Under the pieces are notes generated by a model. It was not told the DNA's origin, searched no databases, and worked only from the letters and a program-made list of their open reading frames with translations. A program made the position numbers and the translations under genes. A stretch of DNA of 63,708 bases, counting the filler, from Sphacelaria rigidula (Eukaryota): assembly GCA_964200075.2 (NCBI GenBank). It is 4 parts of 4 records of this genome, joined end to end, with 100 filler letters (N's around TTAATTAATTAA, not from the genome) between each part and the next. Parts side by side here need not be neighbours in the genome. Positions count along the whole stretch, not along the records: positions 47,861 to 63,708 come from CAXNAA020001569.1; 3 more parts are not named here. One strand, written 5' to 3'. This document shows positions 48,046 through 60,651 of the stretch, one piece after another. The number at the start of each line of letters is the position of its first letter. Position 1 is the first letter of the stretch.

Positions 48046-48417
48046 CCTTACCCCAACCAGAGCAAATCAAAACCAAATCAAACAAAGCGACTTCAAGTGA
48101 GGGAAAAAAAAATCCGTGGTAGTCATTGTAAAAACAAATCTTGTCCCGCCCGTATGCTACGTTTCTAGCGAATTCGCCGTGAGCCGACAGGCGGTTCAGG
48201 AACAAGACGTCGAGCTTACTCCATCCATTGTGATCGTGATTGGAATTAGCCGAGAGGACGCGAGGCAGCGAGCCTCGCTGTAATCAAAGAGACTGACTGC
48301 TGCACATCAGATTAAATCGCCAGCATGTGGTGACGCGCTGAAGAAGCACAACACATATCATACGGGGCACACGCGACCATTCGGCTACCCCCATAAATAT
48401 CCTCTATCGCGATTTTC

Positions 48418-48713
48418 ATCCTCTCGAGGGCAAAGTGACCCTCCGGAGGATAAAAATACCCTCTAGAGGGTATTTCATACTCAGTTCCGACCATAAAACG
48501 AATCCTATAGAAGGCATCTTATGCTCCAGTGACTTCTGAGATCTGAATCCCTCGAGAGTAACACAAACTATGGTGCTCTGGAGGGCTGCGCATCCTCCAA
48601 GTTCCTCCAGAGGGTGCGCGGCCCTCCAGAGGCTAAACAATCCTCTGGAGGCGTTTGATCCCGTCCCTCTGGAGGGCCGCGCACCCTCAAGAGGCGTTTA
48701 ATTCCTCTTGAGG
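48418..48713. repeat. Array of about ten short palindromes CCTCnnGAGG
   Basis: cctctcgagg, cctccggagg, cctctagagg, ctctggagg, cctccagagg, cctctggagg (twice), cctcaagagg and cctcttgagg, with irregular spacers. Confidence 0.75.
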
Positions 48714-49077
48714 CTCAAAAAGTTGACCGAAACAGATTTTTTTGGGGTAGCCGAATGGCCGCGTGTGGGCAAATGAGTGTGGGTGGGCATGTGCAGTGGC
48801 ACATGATACGAGCACCTGCAAATAGCACTCCAGACACTACCGTATCACTCGGGGTTATATAGCACCCCTGATATCACCTTCATAACCATGGTGCTCGTGG
48901 CACCGAGAGCTACATGGCCGGAGATATCTTCTCGAGATCAGTGTACATGGACCTGACCTTCCACTCGGGAAGGTCCCTCCTCTCCTCCTTGACGAGATCT
49001 ATCTTGGAACAATGACGGCAGGGGATGCAATAATCAACAACCCTGCGGGGTTTCCGGTACTTTGTTTTGTCTCTCAC

Positions 49078-52000
49078 CAGACGACGCAATCGAGTCTGGG
49101 GAAGGTGTTGCGCTGTCTGAGGTCGTGGACTCCGGAGTCGGAGTGGGTACCGTCATATCGTCAGAGGTGCTCAACTCGGTACTCTGCGCTTCCGTGGAGA
49201 CAGACGTTGGGCTCGCTGCCGCGAAGAACGTTCGAGCGCAAGACAAACACAGGGAATTGGGGCGGGGGAGGGGGGGGTACAGTACAACCATGAGCTACAG
49301 ATAGGGTTAGTGGGAACACACTGCCTGCCTGCTGGGTATACGGTGGTGGGACGAGCCGACAAACTGTACTGGTAAGCGTGCCGTGCGGCGCCTACCGAGT
49401 GATACGAAGATGAGATGTACGACAGAAACTACATGAGTTCCGGAATACCGCGTGTATAGAAGTCATTGATTGCTCGCTGCAAAGGGACGGGCAAGGTTGC
49501 ATGACCGTCCCGGCAACGAGTGAACACGGACCCCTGCCTGCCGGGGAAAATAATCTCGACGAGGTTGGCCTACTAGCCGGATTTTGACCGACTGCACCGT
49601 GTTTTCCCTTCTTCGTGACGATTATGAGTAGACACTGTGCCACACGTGACTCGTGATAGACTGCAACGTTGTAGGTGCGTGGGGAGTGGTGGGTCCTTAC
49701 AAGTGCAGTCGATGGTCACTGACGTCTCTTCGGGGTCACAATCCTCACAGCCAAATTCAAACCAGGTCTCGGTTATCTCCGTAGGGTGGTCTGCGCAGTC
49801 CGGCGTCTGTTTTTTTCGTCGTTCGCGCAGCGCAGGGCAAACGACGAATCACAAAGTATCGGGTGAGAAAGTATACACATAAGTATATGATTTATATATA
49901 TATATATATATATCACATACTTTGAAACGGCGCAGACAGTTATTCACGGTTCGGACGAACCATCGCCGGTTCGTATCACCAATTTCACGATTTTTTAGAC
50001 CTGATCGCTCGACAGCAAGAACAAAGTTGACCGCTGATCAAAGAGGGTTCCACGCATTTTTATTGTGTCATTCCACGTGCCTGAGCTAGCTGCGCGTGCC
50101 TGGGTTGCAACGCTGAAAACAAACCTTGAGGATTGATTCATACAGTACGAATCAACTACACTAAAATCAAGTAATTTCCGGACGAATCATTAATTCGTCC
50201 GACCCTTGCAATTGTGTCCACGTGTTATTGTGCAAGTGATGCCGATGAAGCGAGCCGAGGAGCAGTAGGGTAGGTGTTGCGTCGCGCTTCAGCTGACTAG
50301 AGTGCCCTAAGGATCAAACGACCCTGCCAACGCAGTAGATAGCTCGAATGTGACCCATCTCGTCGTTGTAGTCGGCAATGGCAAAACTGGCATACCGTCT
50401 ATTCGCATTCGTGTACTCTGTCAATGTATGCGTGGGTCGGGCAACGTCTAGAAATAAAAGAGACAATCTTCTTGTCTAGGTAAAGGAAAGTTATTTTTCG
50501 CCTACTCATACCCCAAAACGACAACTAGTACCCCTCTGACAGCGCGGCTGATATCTTCGAAGTGTTAACATCTGCTATTGACGATGTTTTTTTCAAATGA
50601 ACCATCTTTTTGCACAGCGTTTCGCGGCAGGTTCTATCCTGCGGTCAAGAAGACCCCCAACATGATGTCGCGCGGGAAGAACATTACCATAAAAGCACAC
50701 AACGAACAATTCTAACCATGTAAAAGGGATAGATAGTCTCGTCACCGCTTGCAAGGTTAATCCAGAAACCCGATAAGCATGCCGCAAGGGACCGCCCCTC
50801 CGCCCGCTCCGCTCGACGCATGGCGTGGACCACCATGCTGCGCGCGCCGTCGAGCACACCATCCGGCAACCAAGTTTCTCGTTGACCTGCCGAAGTTATG
50901 GAGGATGACTATGACACTTTGGTAGTGGCGACCATCCTGTGGGTCACGGGTGGGTCCGTCGTGGACAAGGTGCCATATTCGCACGCCAAAAAGCAACACC
51001 AGCTGCCGCTAGCAATGGAACAGATGATACCTTGCTCAACCGCGGTCGGCTCCTTCGTGATCATGGAGGCAGTTTACGACTCAAGTTTCGGGGATTGCGA
51101 TACAGAGCCGAGCGGGGTTAGTAAGTTGATGGGCGAAGCTACCCAGCCATCCACTTCGGACAAATGAGCGTGCCGTCGGTGAACATGCTGCCATGAGGTT
51201 GATAGCGGCTCCACCGATTCACGGTGGTCATGAACACTCATGACTACAGCTATTCTGGCGCAGTTTCCGCCCCTGAAAAAGCTTCAACAAACAATACTGA
51301 AGGTTACTGACTCAACACCAGCCATCGGCAGGAGAATGTATCGACCTGAAGACGGATTTCCGAGAACTATAAAACATTTTACACCAACCATGTCTCGTAT
51401 GCGAACATCGTCTGTGGATCGAAGGAATGCGGATTTTGTTCACCTTGCGACCTGAGTGTTACTTGTCGTAGCGTCAACTTGCGCAAGCATAAGCTAGCAT
51501 TCTGATTTGAACATAGTGGCCAACCTACCTTCCTAAACCGAAGCGCCACGTTCGTTCGTCAGATTATTCACGAGTAATTCACCACATGCAGCACCAATGA
51601 CGTCGATATTTGACGTTGATGGGACGGTGATGATATGTTGCTGATGAAGGTGCTCAGTAGCACGGCCACTAACGTCTGTGTCGTACTGCAAGACCTAGCA
51701 ATAATAGAGGTATCTCGAACTCGGCTCCCGGTATCCCGGTTTATTCGCTGGCTCTGAGTGAGTTATGTACTATTTTTTTCAAGCGAAAGTGATCGCGATC
51801 CATAGGCGCGGACCTGACCTGGCGGTGAAAGGGTCTCATTATCTGATGAATCGCCATCACTTTCACTTGAAAAAATAGAACAAAACAAACCAGGATACCG
51901 GGAGCCGAGTTCAGGATACCTCTAATAGCACTAGGACTAACTAATGGATCGCCCTGGATACTACGAGATGCTACGGCAACCTCACCTTCCGCTCCGTCCT

Positions 52001-52159
52001 GTGCAAGCTTTCGGCGGGTCGTATCTTCAGCGAAGATTAACGTGTACAGCTCGCCACCCACGGTCATGACGTAGGTAGGTTTGCCGTCATTAGGAGTGCC
52101 CTGGTCTTCGTAGAGACCTGGAGCCACGCCCCCCTCGATACTCAACGCCGAGCACGTCT
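49078..52159 (-). CDS. Unknown protein, partial: Cys-containing domain followed by a Ser/Thr/Pro-rich (mucin-like) stretch; possibly extracellular
   Basis: Five stop-free, phase-compatible GT-AG exons: 51986-52159, 51583-51675, 50332-50417, 49701-49806, 49078-49215. They read TCSALSIEGGVAPGLYEDQGTPNDGKPTY..RRKLA..AIYCTPDCADHPTEITETWFEFGCEDCDP..TIDCTSSPTSVST. Start and stop not identified. Confidence 0.55.
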
Positions 52160-52961
52160 CTGCCATGAGTGAATTCGGCCAGGAACACAACAAGAGACAC
52201 GAGAGGAAGCACGCAAGACATCAATCATCACGCACCGTACCCCACCGTGTCCTGTGATATACCAAGCAGAGCTATGGGGGCATGATTGCAAAAGCCACTG
52301 GTCTTTCCTCACCATCCCACACGAGTCAGTTCGCAATGCCAAACACGTGTTGGTGTCGTCCAAGACTAAAGCTGACTCTTCCCGGTGTGAGTCGGGATCT
52401 GAGGATGTCCGGCGATCTGATCTGATAAAAACAGGTCACCAGATTTGGTGCAGATATGACCAGAAATTAATTCGTCGGTCCCCTCTTACACGGTTTTGGG
52501 TATCTGGATCGTGAAAACGTTTGCTCGAGTAACCGATGCATGCCGACGATTACGGCCCAACGCCTTCTTGATCACAGTTTCGCCTCACTGTGTCCCCATG
52601 TGCGCGATGACAAAATCATTGCCTCCTAGGATAAGAGGCACAACAGCGCTCGAGACAAGAGGAGGAAGGCAGGAGCGACCTCGCGTCAAGTTTTGCATCC
52701 CAACGACAAGGCGTGCTGGCCCAGAGTCATGACTGACGGCACGCAATATGTCAGCGCTGAGCGTCCCCACGAACAGGCCGGCTCTAAGGCACAGCCCGCA
52801 CAGTTGCCAGAGAAGGACAAGCACGACGTTACTACTGGTGATCCTCTCGAGGAACGACTCGCAAATTCCCTACATCCATCGATGCTACTGCTTCTGTCAA
52901 GTCCACCGCTTATCGAGTCTCCGAACTGGTGGAGCAGGGACCACCCACCCCCAGCTGGTAG

Positions 52962-53040
52962 GTGCTCCGTCTCGAAAGGGATGCGTGGTCAATGCTTACA
53001 CAACTAAGGCAAACAACAAATGAGTACGCCCCCCCCCCCC
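52962..53040 (+). mobile_element. Short poly(C)-tailed retroposon with 14-bp TSD
   Basis: Direct repeat CCCCCAGCTGGTAG at 52948-52961 and 53036-53049. Confidence 0.85.
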
Positions 53041-53179
53041 AGCTGGTAGATCTCTGAGCCGGGAGAACGACAGCACCGGCACCAGTACCGACGATGGTGA
53101 AAACGTCAAGAGCGCCTTCGCCCGCACGTCCGGGCCGACTGCCCTTGATCGCACGCGGCGGTAGATTCGTCTCCAACGG

Positions 53180-53940
53180 CAGGGCATGAAGAAGGGTTGG
53201 GAAGCGATGCAGGGTGATGGCGAGCCAGGCAATCAGCAGCGAGGCCGGGGATGGCTCCCAGAGTGCCTGCGCCGCAGGGGCTTGGGAGCACCCGATAACA
53301 GCCTGGGGCCCGAGAGCCCCAATCAAGCCTCTCTTTACACTGAAAAGACTGCTGGGGATGACTGGATATACCAGCTTCGTTGTATCGTCGGTGGCCTCCA
53401 CAGCTACACAATCACGGAGGTATGGAGTAGACTGATTGCACACGCGGGGTGCGCCGTTGGAGAATCGGTAGTTATCCACCGTGGTCGTTGAGATGGCGAG
53501 GCTGTCCGAGGCATTGACATTCACAGGAGACGATATTTCCAAGGGCATACATTCATTCGCTCAACAAGGGTGCCTCATTGGAAAACTGGCCAGGACGGGT
53601 TTCATGGCGGAGCCGAAGTCATGGGTCGTGCGCAAGAGTTACAGCGAAGAGGACGGGGTTGACCGCGATGATGCATACTACTCCAAACCCCGCCTGCAAG
53701 ACTTAGATTGTTGGCTGCACGACCATACTCCATGGAGATAAACATGCACCACCTGGATGTAGAACGTTGGGCGAGCAGTGCTTCGGCACACGCCCGTAAG
53801 TACTCTTACGGGAACTGGCTGCAGGTTGTGCGCATTCTCGTGTACCTTAACGAGACGCAAGATTTGAGAATAACGCACGACCGTGATTCCGTTTACGCGG
53901 GTACGGGCAAACGCCACTGCGGACTATGCTAAGTTATTTT
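53180..53940 (+). mobile_element. Heavily degraded Ty1/Copia reverse transcriptase/RNase H relic
   Basis: Across frameshifts, in the expected order: GWEAMQ, AGAWEHP..RAPIKPLFTLKR, VASTATQSRRYGVD, NWLQVVRILVYLNETQDLRITH (cf. HWxAVKRILRYLKGT..LGITY) and ATADYA (cf. YADADYA). Confidence 0.55.
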
Positions 53941-55176
53941 TCGAGGTATGGCTGTTGTTTTTCCTGGGATACATGTCCAGGAGGGACGAAAAAGCCCCGT
54001 TTCATATGCTTCTGATTGATGAGCGATATTCAGCGTCATACGATATCACGATACGATGTCGAGATAATGGCCAGGCGTTGGTTGTGCGTTCGCCCACGGT
54101 GACAGCCGCTTGCAAGCGGCTATGCGGCACCGTCAGTTGCGTGCTAATGATTTTATTCAAAAGTTGGTTGCTTTCTTATTTTTGGCTTTCGAAGTTCCAT
54201 CTGTGTCATGATTCACATTGGTTGTCGGAGATTGTTGACTGAAATACATAGTAATCTAATTGAAGGGAGCACGCTGAAATATGCAGGGAGTTATTGAGGA
54301 CGGTTTTTCGGCGAGATCGTTGTGGGGCGGGGGTTTGTCTTCGGGCGTGTAGACGTACTAGTCGTATTCGGGACGCACGCTCTTTCTTCACCACAGGTGT
54401 ATCGTACATGCATGCCGTCCTGGTTCCCAAAGTTATGGGTTCAGGTGGACGTGGTTTATATTTGTGTGCATACTACGGTGATATACCGCACCCTAGAGTT
54501 GGGACGCGGGAGTTCACATACATATGTGTTACGCATACATCTTGTCTGCAATGCATATCGAACCGGCCGCTAGTTATCGCAGTCGTCGAATGCATTCCGT
54601 GTCTCTTTCCTGGGAGTCTATCTGGGGGATGATGACAGGGATTTTTCTTTTTATTGTCAAGAGTAGCCAATTCGTGCAATCGCTGCCATTTCCTCTTTGT
54701 GACATCTTCCAACCCTTCGTACTATCTCCGGTTCATTTCTTTTGGAACATGTCAATGCCTACGTCTTTCCCTACTCCGAGCACAACTTGGGTACGTGCCC
54801 TATCCATATACAAATGGCAAATGCTGTTATTATTCAGGCATACAGTAGTTTCTTGTGTGCTTCTTTCGATCTTTCGATTTACGTGGTGGAGCTAGGCAAT
54901 ATAAATATTCACGTTTTCGACAGTGTTAATCACTTTTCATGTATGATGTGTCCCCTTAATAATTGCGGTACAGAACTTGGTCATCAGATAACTTTGTATC
55001 TTTTGTTGGCGTGTTGAGGTATCATGATTTTCCCTGAACTCCGGCCAAATATTATTTTGATAGTATCAAAGAAATAATCCACGTTGGCCTCAAGTGTAGC
55101 ACCAGTCGGTTCAACGAATTTTAATGACAAATTTGGGTGGGGTTCCTTGATTCAGCTTTAATGTGGTCTCCGAAAA

Positions 55177-55877
55177 CAGCCGACAATCGAAATTGAGGGT
55201 GGAGCCTTTCATTGAGGATGGGAACCCGCAGGATTCAAATCTTCGTATTCACACAAAATCTTCGAAATAGGGTTCCGTTCCTCCACCTACTGGTAGCTAC
55301 TGGCAACTGCTACACGCCCTACAAATTTGGATTTCGATAACGGAAATGTTGGGGTCCTATTTAATCGATGAGCAATGCTACGGTAGGGGTGCACATTTTT
55401 CGCGAAATTTTGTCTGGTTCAGGGGCTCCTAACGATACTAGATGCACAAGAATACGGGTCAGGGCATCCCCGTTTGCAGATTTATTCGGGATATCCCCAG
55501 CACATTGAAATAGTAATCCTGGCGTACTCTCGCATATTTTTACAACTCGTGTTTTATAAGGGGCTCCTAACAATTCTAATCTCAGAAATTATTTCTCTAC
55601 CCCTACCGTAGCATCACTCCGATGAAGAAACAATTGTGGGGAATTTAGGTGATCCGATCGGATCGCTGAAACTCCCCATAACTGTTTTCTCATCTAGGAC
55701 CCCAACATTTCGGTTTCCGAAATCCGAATTTGTACGACGTGTGGTACTTGTCGATAGCTACCAGTAGGTGAAGGAATGAAACCATATTTCGAATATTTGG
55801 TGTGGATACGAAGATTTTAATATTCCGGGTTCTCACCCTCAATGAAAAGCTCCATGCTCAATTTCGACGATCGGCTG
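55177..55877. mobile_element. Large foldback/MITE (about 700 bp) with long imperfect arms
   Basis: cagccga..atcgaaattgag..tggagc.tttcattgagg..aatcttcgtat.cacac..cacctactggtagcta..tacaaatt.ggatttcg..gaaatgttggggtccta mirrors 55695-55877. Confidence 0.8.
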
Positions 55878-56559
55878 CTCCAAGATGAGCTGTTCGTTCC
55901 TGGGCATCTTTCTTGGTTCCAACAAGATCGCACCACCGCGATAGATTCGGCCCCCACCCGGTTGGTTGTCACATGGTGTGTTCGAATGTAAGTATGCCCA
56001 AAATAGAGAGGAGCCATTCGTCGTCTACCTAGACGTTGTATCAGGTGAGTCACTGCCTGGTCAAATCCAAGTGAACTGAGCTCGACGATCTGATGCCGCG
56101 ACAGCCGCCCCCCCCCCCAGAAAGATTATTGGTTTGAGGACGCAAAACCTACATGCACACCAAAATGGCGAAAGTCGAGTAGTCGAGCAGCTGGGGACTG
56201 CCATGCTTCGGACACTTTTCGCCAATGTCGCGTTCGTCGGAAAGAAGCATACGGTCTTCAGTTTGTGCACACGGCGCCTTCTCCGGGCTGCCCCTCCCTC
56301 GCCAACGCTGCCCAAGTGTCCAGGGGTACGCGTGGATGTTCCGAAATCTCCCTCGAGTATGTGAAAGAAGAAGTTATCGCGCCGACAATCGAACTCACCT
56401 TCCTTTTGTTCGTGGGGCTGCCCCTTGCCAACGCTGCCAAAGTGTTCCGGGTGGGCGTGGACGGTCTGACATCTCTCCTCAACTATGGGAAATATTTTCC
56501 TCGACTATGGAAAAGGAGAAGTGGTCGCGCCGAGAATCGAAGTCACGCTTTTTTTGTTG

Positions 56560-56637
56560 GTCAGAAAGCACCTCGCCACTGAGCCACTTAGTCAGCGCTA
56601 ACTGACGAAGTGGCTCAGTGGTGGGGTTCTCTCTGAC
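56560..56637. other. Strong hairpin (about 78 nt)
   Basis: Core ccactgagccactt-a-gtcag-cgctaa-ctgac-g-aagtggctcagtgg, extended by gtcaga..acctcg / tggggt..tctgac. Confidence 0.75.
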
Positions 56638-59600
56638 GAACATGTGGCCCATATGAGGGGCTAGATGAAGTCTGGGATGAAACCAGCGATCATGCGTGGT
56701 GCGTATGGCCCTTCACACGCGGCCATTTGGCTACCTCCAAACTTCCTCCAGATGGATACACTTTTCGAGCCTCCAAGCGCCCCGGGCGTTCTGAAGCTTT
56801 GCTAAACGCCAGTGAGACCCACTAGAACCCCCTGTGAACTTGGCGCAGTGCACGTATCACCCTACTCTGACGAGCTTACGCCGTAGGACCTTATATATTA
56901 TCATCGTATCCGATATACCGGCGCGATCGGCGTACGAATTTTCCCATCATGATCTTTGTCAGGGGTTGCGAGAGGTCGGACCAATGTGCGGAAATAATCA
57001 TTTGAAAGCGCAGAACAACCTTCCCACAACACTTCAGTCCAAGATCCGAATTACATCATGCGGGCACCTTTTCCCTCTCTCTCTTTCTCTTTCTTTAGAG
57101 ATCCAAAAATATCTGTAAAAGGCAAACTTGCTCTGCCATCAGTTCCATCATATACGAGCATCATATATGTGTGGCGTTGTATAAAGGAGACCCTAGCAGA
57201 GCATGTCCCTTGTTTTGATGTTTGGTTTTAAACGATCAACAAGAAAATAGATAAAATTTAGGTAACCGCATGCCACTTCTGATGAAGGCCGAAGCGCACA
57301 TGCTTCGGCAGTGCTCCACGCCACATGACCCGGATATCCATCAGTCTCCCCATCACAGATTGCCTGGGGCAATTCGATTTGCGCCCGGCGTTTCTGTATT
57401 GAGCATGTAAGTGTCGTCGGTGAAAGCAAATCGCCGCACGAAAATGTAGGCCGAGAAAAAAAATCCGATATTGTGAAAGTCGTGAGACTCCCGGTGACGC
57501 TAGGAACCGTCGAAGGTGGCCGGTGATGTTCCTCGGGTTATGTCGTCAAGGATTGACCGTAAGTCGTGGGGTGGGGCAAGTGGATCATTCGAGAAAGCTC
57601 GACGAGCGCGAGCGAGTTAGCCCGGAGAGGAGTCGAAGTCAAGAGTGATCCCAAGGGATAGCCAGCAGTTCGCTGGGAAGATCCCTGTTACCTTGGGGTC
57701 CCAGATCCGGCTGTATAGATGTGGGAATTGCGGGGCTCCTGCAAGAACTACCCCTGCAACAGCCGTTCACTAGTTTACACGTCACCTACATTAAGAAATC
57801 TCTCCGCACATGCCCAAATCGTCATCTCCACATCACCCCCCCCTTTGATGCGGCTCGAGGCCATCTGTGAAGGCTCGTGCGGGCACATAATGCCACGTAT
57901 GGGTATCTTGAACATAATACAGTACTCATTTATATTTACAAGTAATATAAAAATGTACATAATATACATTCAAGTGCGTAACGCAAGCGGTCTGACTGCT
58001 GGCTTCAATGTATCAGATATCGATCCCATCTGTTGCCTTTGCGTAATATGTAAGGAGCGTGATTTGTCCCTGACTGCTGACTCTGAGAAAGCCAATAAGA
58101 AGACTGAAGGCCGCACCGTACAACAACGGTAGCTACACTGTACAGTACAGATAGTGCAGACATGACAACTGGCGTGCGGTTCATCATTGGGTCGTTCAGG
58201 TGGCCTTTTCCACCGCTGACTGTGAGCTAACCCCTGAGCTGTGGCAGTGTAGTCCTTTTGTGCACGCGCATCATTTTCATTCCTTTTCGCGTAAACGTTA
58301 CGCCGATTCACAAATGGACCACCGCTAGTTGTCAAAGGGGGAACGTACAATCGCAGGGTTATATACATTGAGATCTCTTGTGGCTCCACCCTCAAAGTCG
58401 AACACCTTACCGCCTGGTAGGGCTTACAAAGACAAATGAAAGAGTGCCGTCTATTTGTCTGGTTCGGTTCGCGGTCGCGCCTACAAGGATACGTTCATTC
58501 CTGTCTGGAGCAGTAGCAGTAGAAAACACGACGTGCAACTTCTCAACTCCACACGGTACAGAATACAGGCGAACCCACAACAACAGCAGCTGTAATTATT
58601 CTGGCTGTAGCCAAGATTCAGCATCTTGTTGGTGTACACCAGCATCGCCCAACAATTATACAACACACCCTTCCCTCGGGTGCATTGCAGTCAACCGAAG
58701 TTCCGTGTCCGAGGGTTCACAATCTGCGTAGGACTCAGTACGTTCAGAGGCTGCCAGAAGAGGAAGCCTCAAAAAGAGAACTCACCCTGCTGGGAGAAGA
58801 CTGACTGGAAAAGCCAGCTCCCCGTTACAACCGTAATCAGCACTTTGAAATAAAAGCACCCAGCGTCCTCGGCAGGAGGTCTTGCACGTAGACGGTGCTG
58901 ACGCGCCATCTGAGTAAGCACCCTCGACACCGTATGATGATATGATAATGCGGTTCAGCGGCGTTTCCGCTGTGCGCGTCAGTACTGCAGGTGTGTCTTG
59001 TATACAGGTCTGTGGTATACTGTACCCCCAACCGGCTTCAGTGCCCTAGAACCAGAGACCCCAGTCCTCGACAGGATGCGCGGAGAGAAGAAATATCCAT
59101 CACGGAGAATTTTTGTGGAAATATCCGAAGAAAATCAAACAAATGTGGAGGCGTTTTGTTTGATACGTACTTGTGCAGATTTATCGGCGTACATGATTGA
59201 CGGTTGCGCCGCATTTTTGAAACCGACGTTTATAAAGTTTGCACTTACACCCCCACACAAATACCAAACTTTTCGTCACGGGACTGGAACTTGCATGACC
59301 AAGAGACACAGCACACAACAAACAGCGGGAGGAGCCTCCAAACACCCTGGGCAGGTTCGTTACGGTTTTCGTTGGCTTTAAGGTTCTCGTTGGCTTCTTG
59401 CACAACGTAGAGGAGACTGCTACGCTAGAAGGGGCGAAAAATATTGATACAACAGTACAGTAGTACCTTTTCGGGATCCATCCGGTTTGAAAATTTGGAA
59501 AACAGATCACGGATCACTGTACGTACATAATATACAAATTACATTTTGATCGTCCGTTTTCTGGGGGCGTCACTCAAAACTCTCTTTCCCATTTGTCCTC

Positions 59601-60303
59601 CCGCACCCAGTCAGCCAGAGTGTACTAGCTATCAAAGCAGTCAAAGCTCGCCCTGCGTATGCTGAGAGAAGTGGAGCACTCCCTTGATTCGTGGCATAGG
59701 TGAGAACCCGTACTACGCTGTGTTCTGTGCTATGGTGGGTGGAAACAACGGGAGCCGTCTGTTGTACGGAGATGAGTAAAACGCGATCTTTCTCCGTTAC
59801 TGTCTGTTTAGATTCAGCTGCGGTGACCGTAAAACGGATGTCGTCACACTCTGCAGATCCTTGACGCAAGATAGTTCGATGTCCATATCTCGCCTCGCTG
59901 AATAACTCGAGAGCCGGGGTAGCCGTATAGAAGAGTAGAGTGAAGGTTACGGGGGGTTGATGGAGCGAAGGTGCGGCGGGGCTGCCCACCATGGTTTCGA
60001 TGCACAATTGAATCACGAACACAAGCAGCCCCAAATACCACTGTATCCAAATTCCCACGTACTACGAAACTGAACCTGTGTTTTACGAGAAGAGGTGCAT
60101 CTTACGCCGGGAAACGATGCTGATTGTAGAGTCAGTGTGTTTACTGATATGATACTACTACTGTATGCCGTACTACCATCGACATATGCGCGCCCCCACC
60201 CCGTCGTTACGTGTCGCCCATTCCCTCACACGCACACATGAAGAGAGAAGGAGACTCATAGCTAGAGACGGTATACATCGCCAGTGAGAGAATCAGCAAT
60301 ATC

Positions 60304-60651
60304 ATGAGGAAAACTTCGACGCGTACATCTAAGCACCGCAAAGGACGCAAAAGAGAAACATCAACAGCATCGGCGGCGATGCTGTGCTCCGCAGCCATAT
60401 TTCTGTCATCATCATGCACATTGGAGACTGCGGTAGCTGCTTCGGCCAGACACCCCCAGCCGCAAACAGGGAGGTTGTTGCAATCTTTTTCTTGTGAGGC
60501 GGCCGCGTTTGTCGGTGGCTGCGCTAGGGCCAATGCACGTCGCTGCGTCGTTGCAGCGTCAGCAGCAGCAGGCGATTCGGTGCCTCGTTTTGGCAGGAGC
60601 AGCGACCCCTGCGGCAAAAATATTGGGAAAATTGGAACCAAACAGGAAACG
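60304..60651 (+). CDS. Possible first exon of a gene with a signal-/transit-like N-terminus
   Basis: ATG-initiated 116-codon frame with a hydrophobic stretch (AAMLCSAAIFLSSSC), an AAAFV motif and a strong donor ACG|gtgagt. No convincing downstream exon found. Confidence 0.3.

Noticed and set aside
50780-51455. Short ORFs as a transposase or gene remnant
   Set aside because: No diagnostic motif recognised; lies antisense within an intron of the minus-strand gene model.
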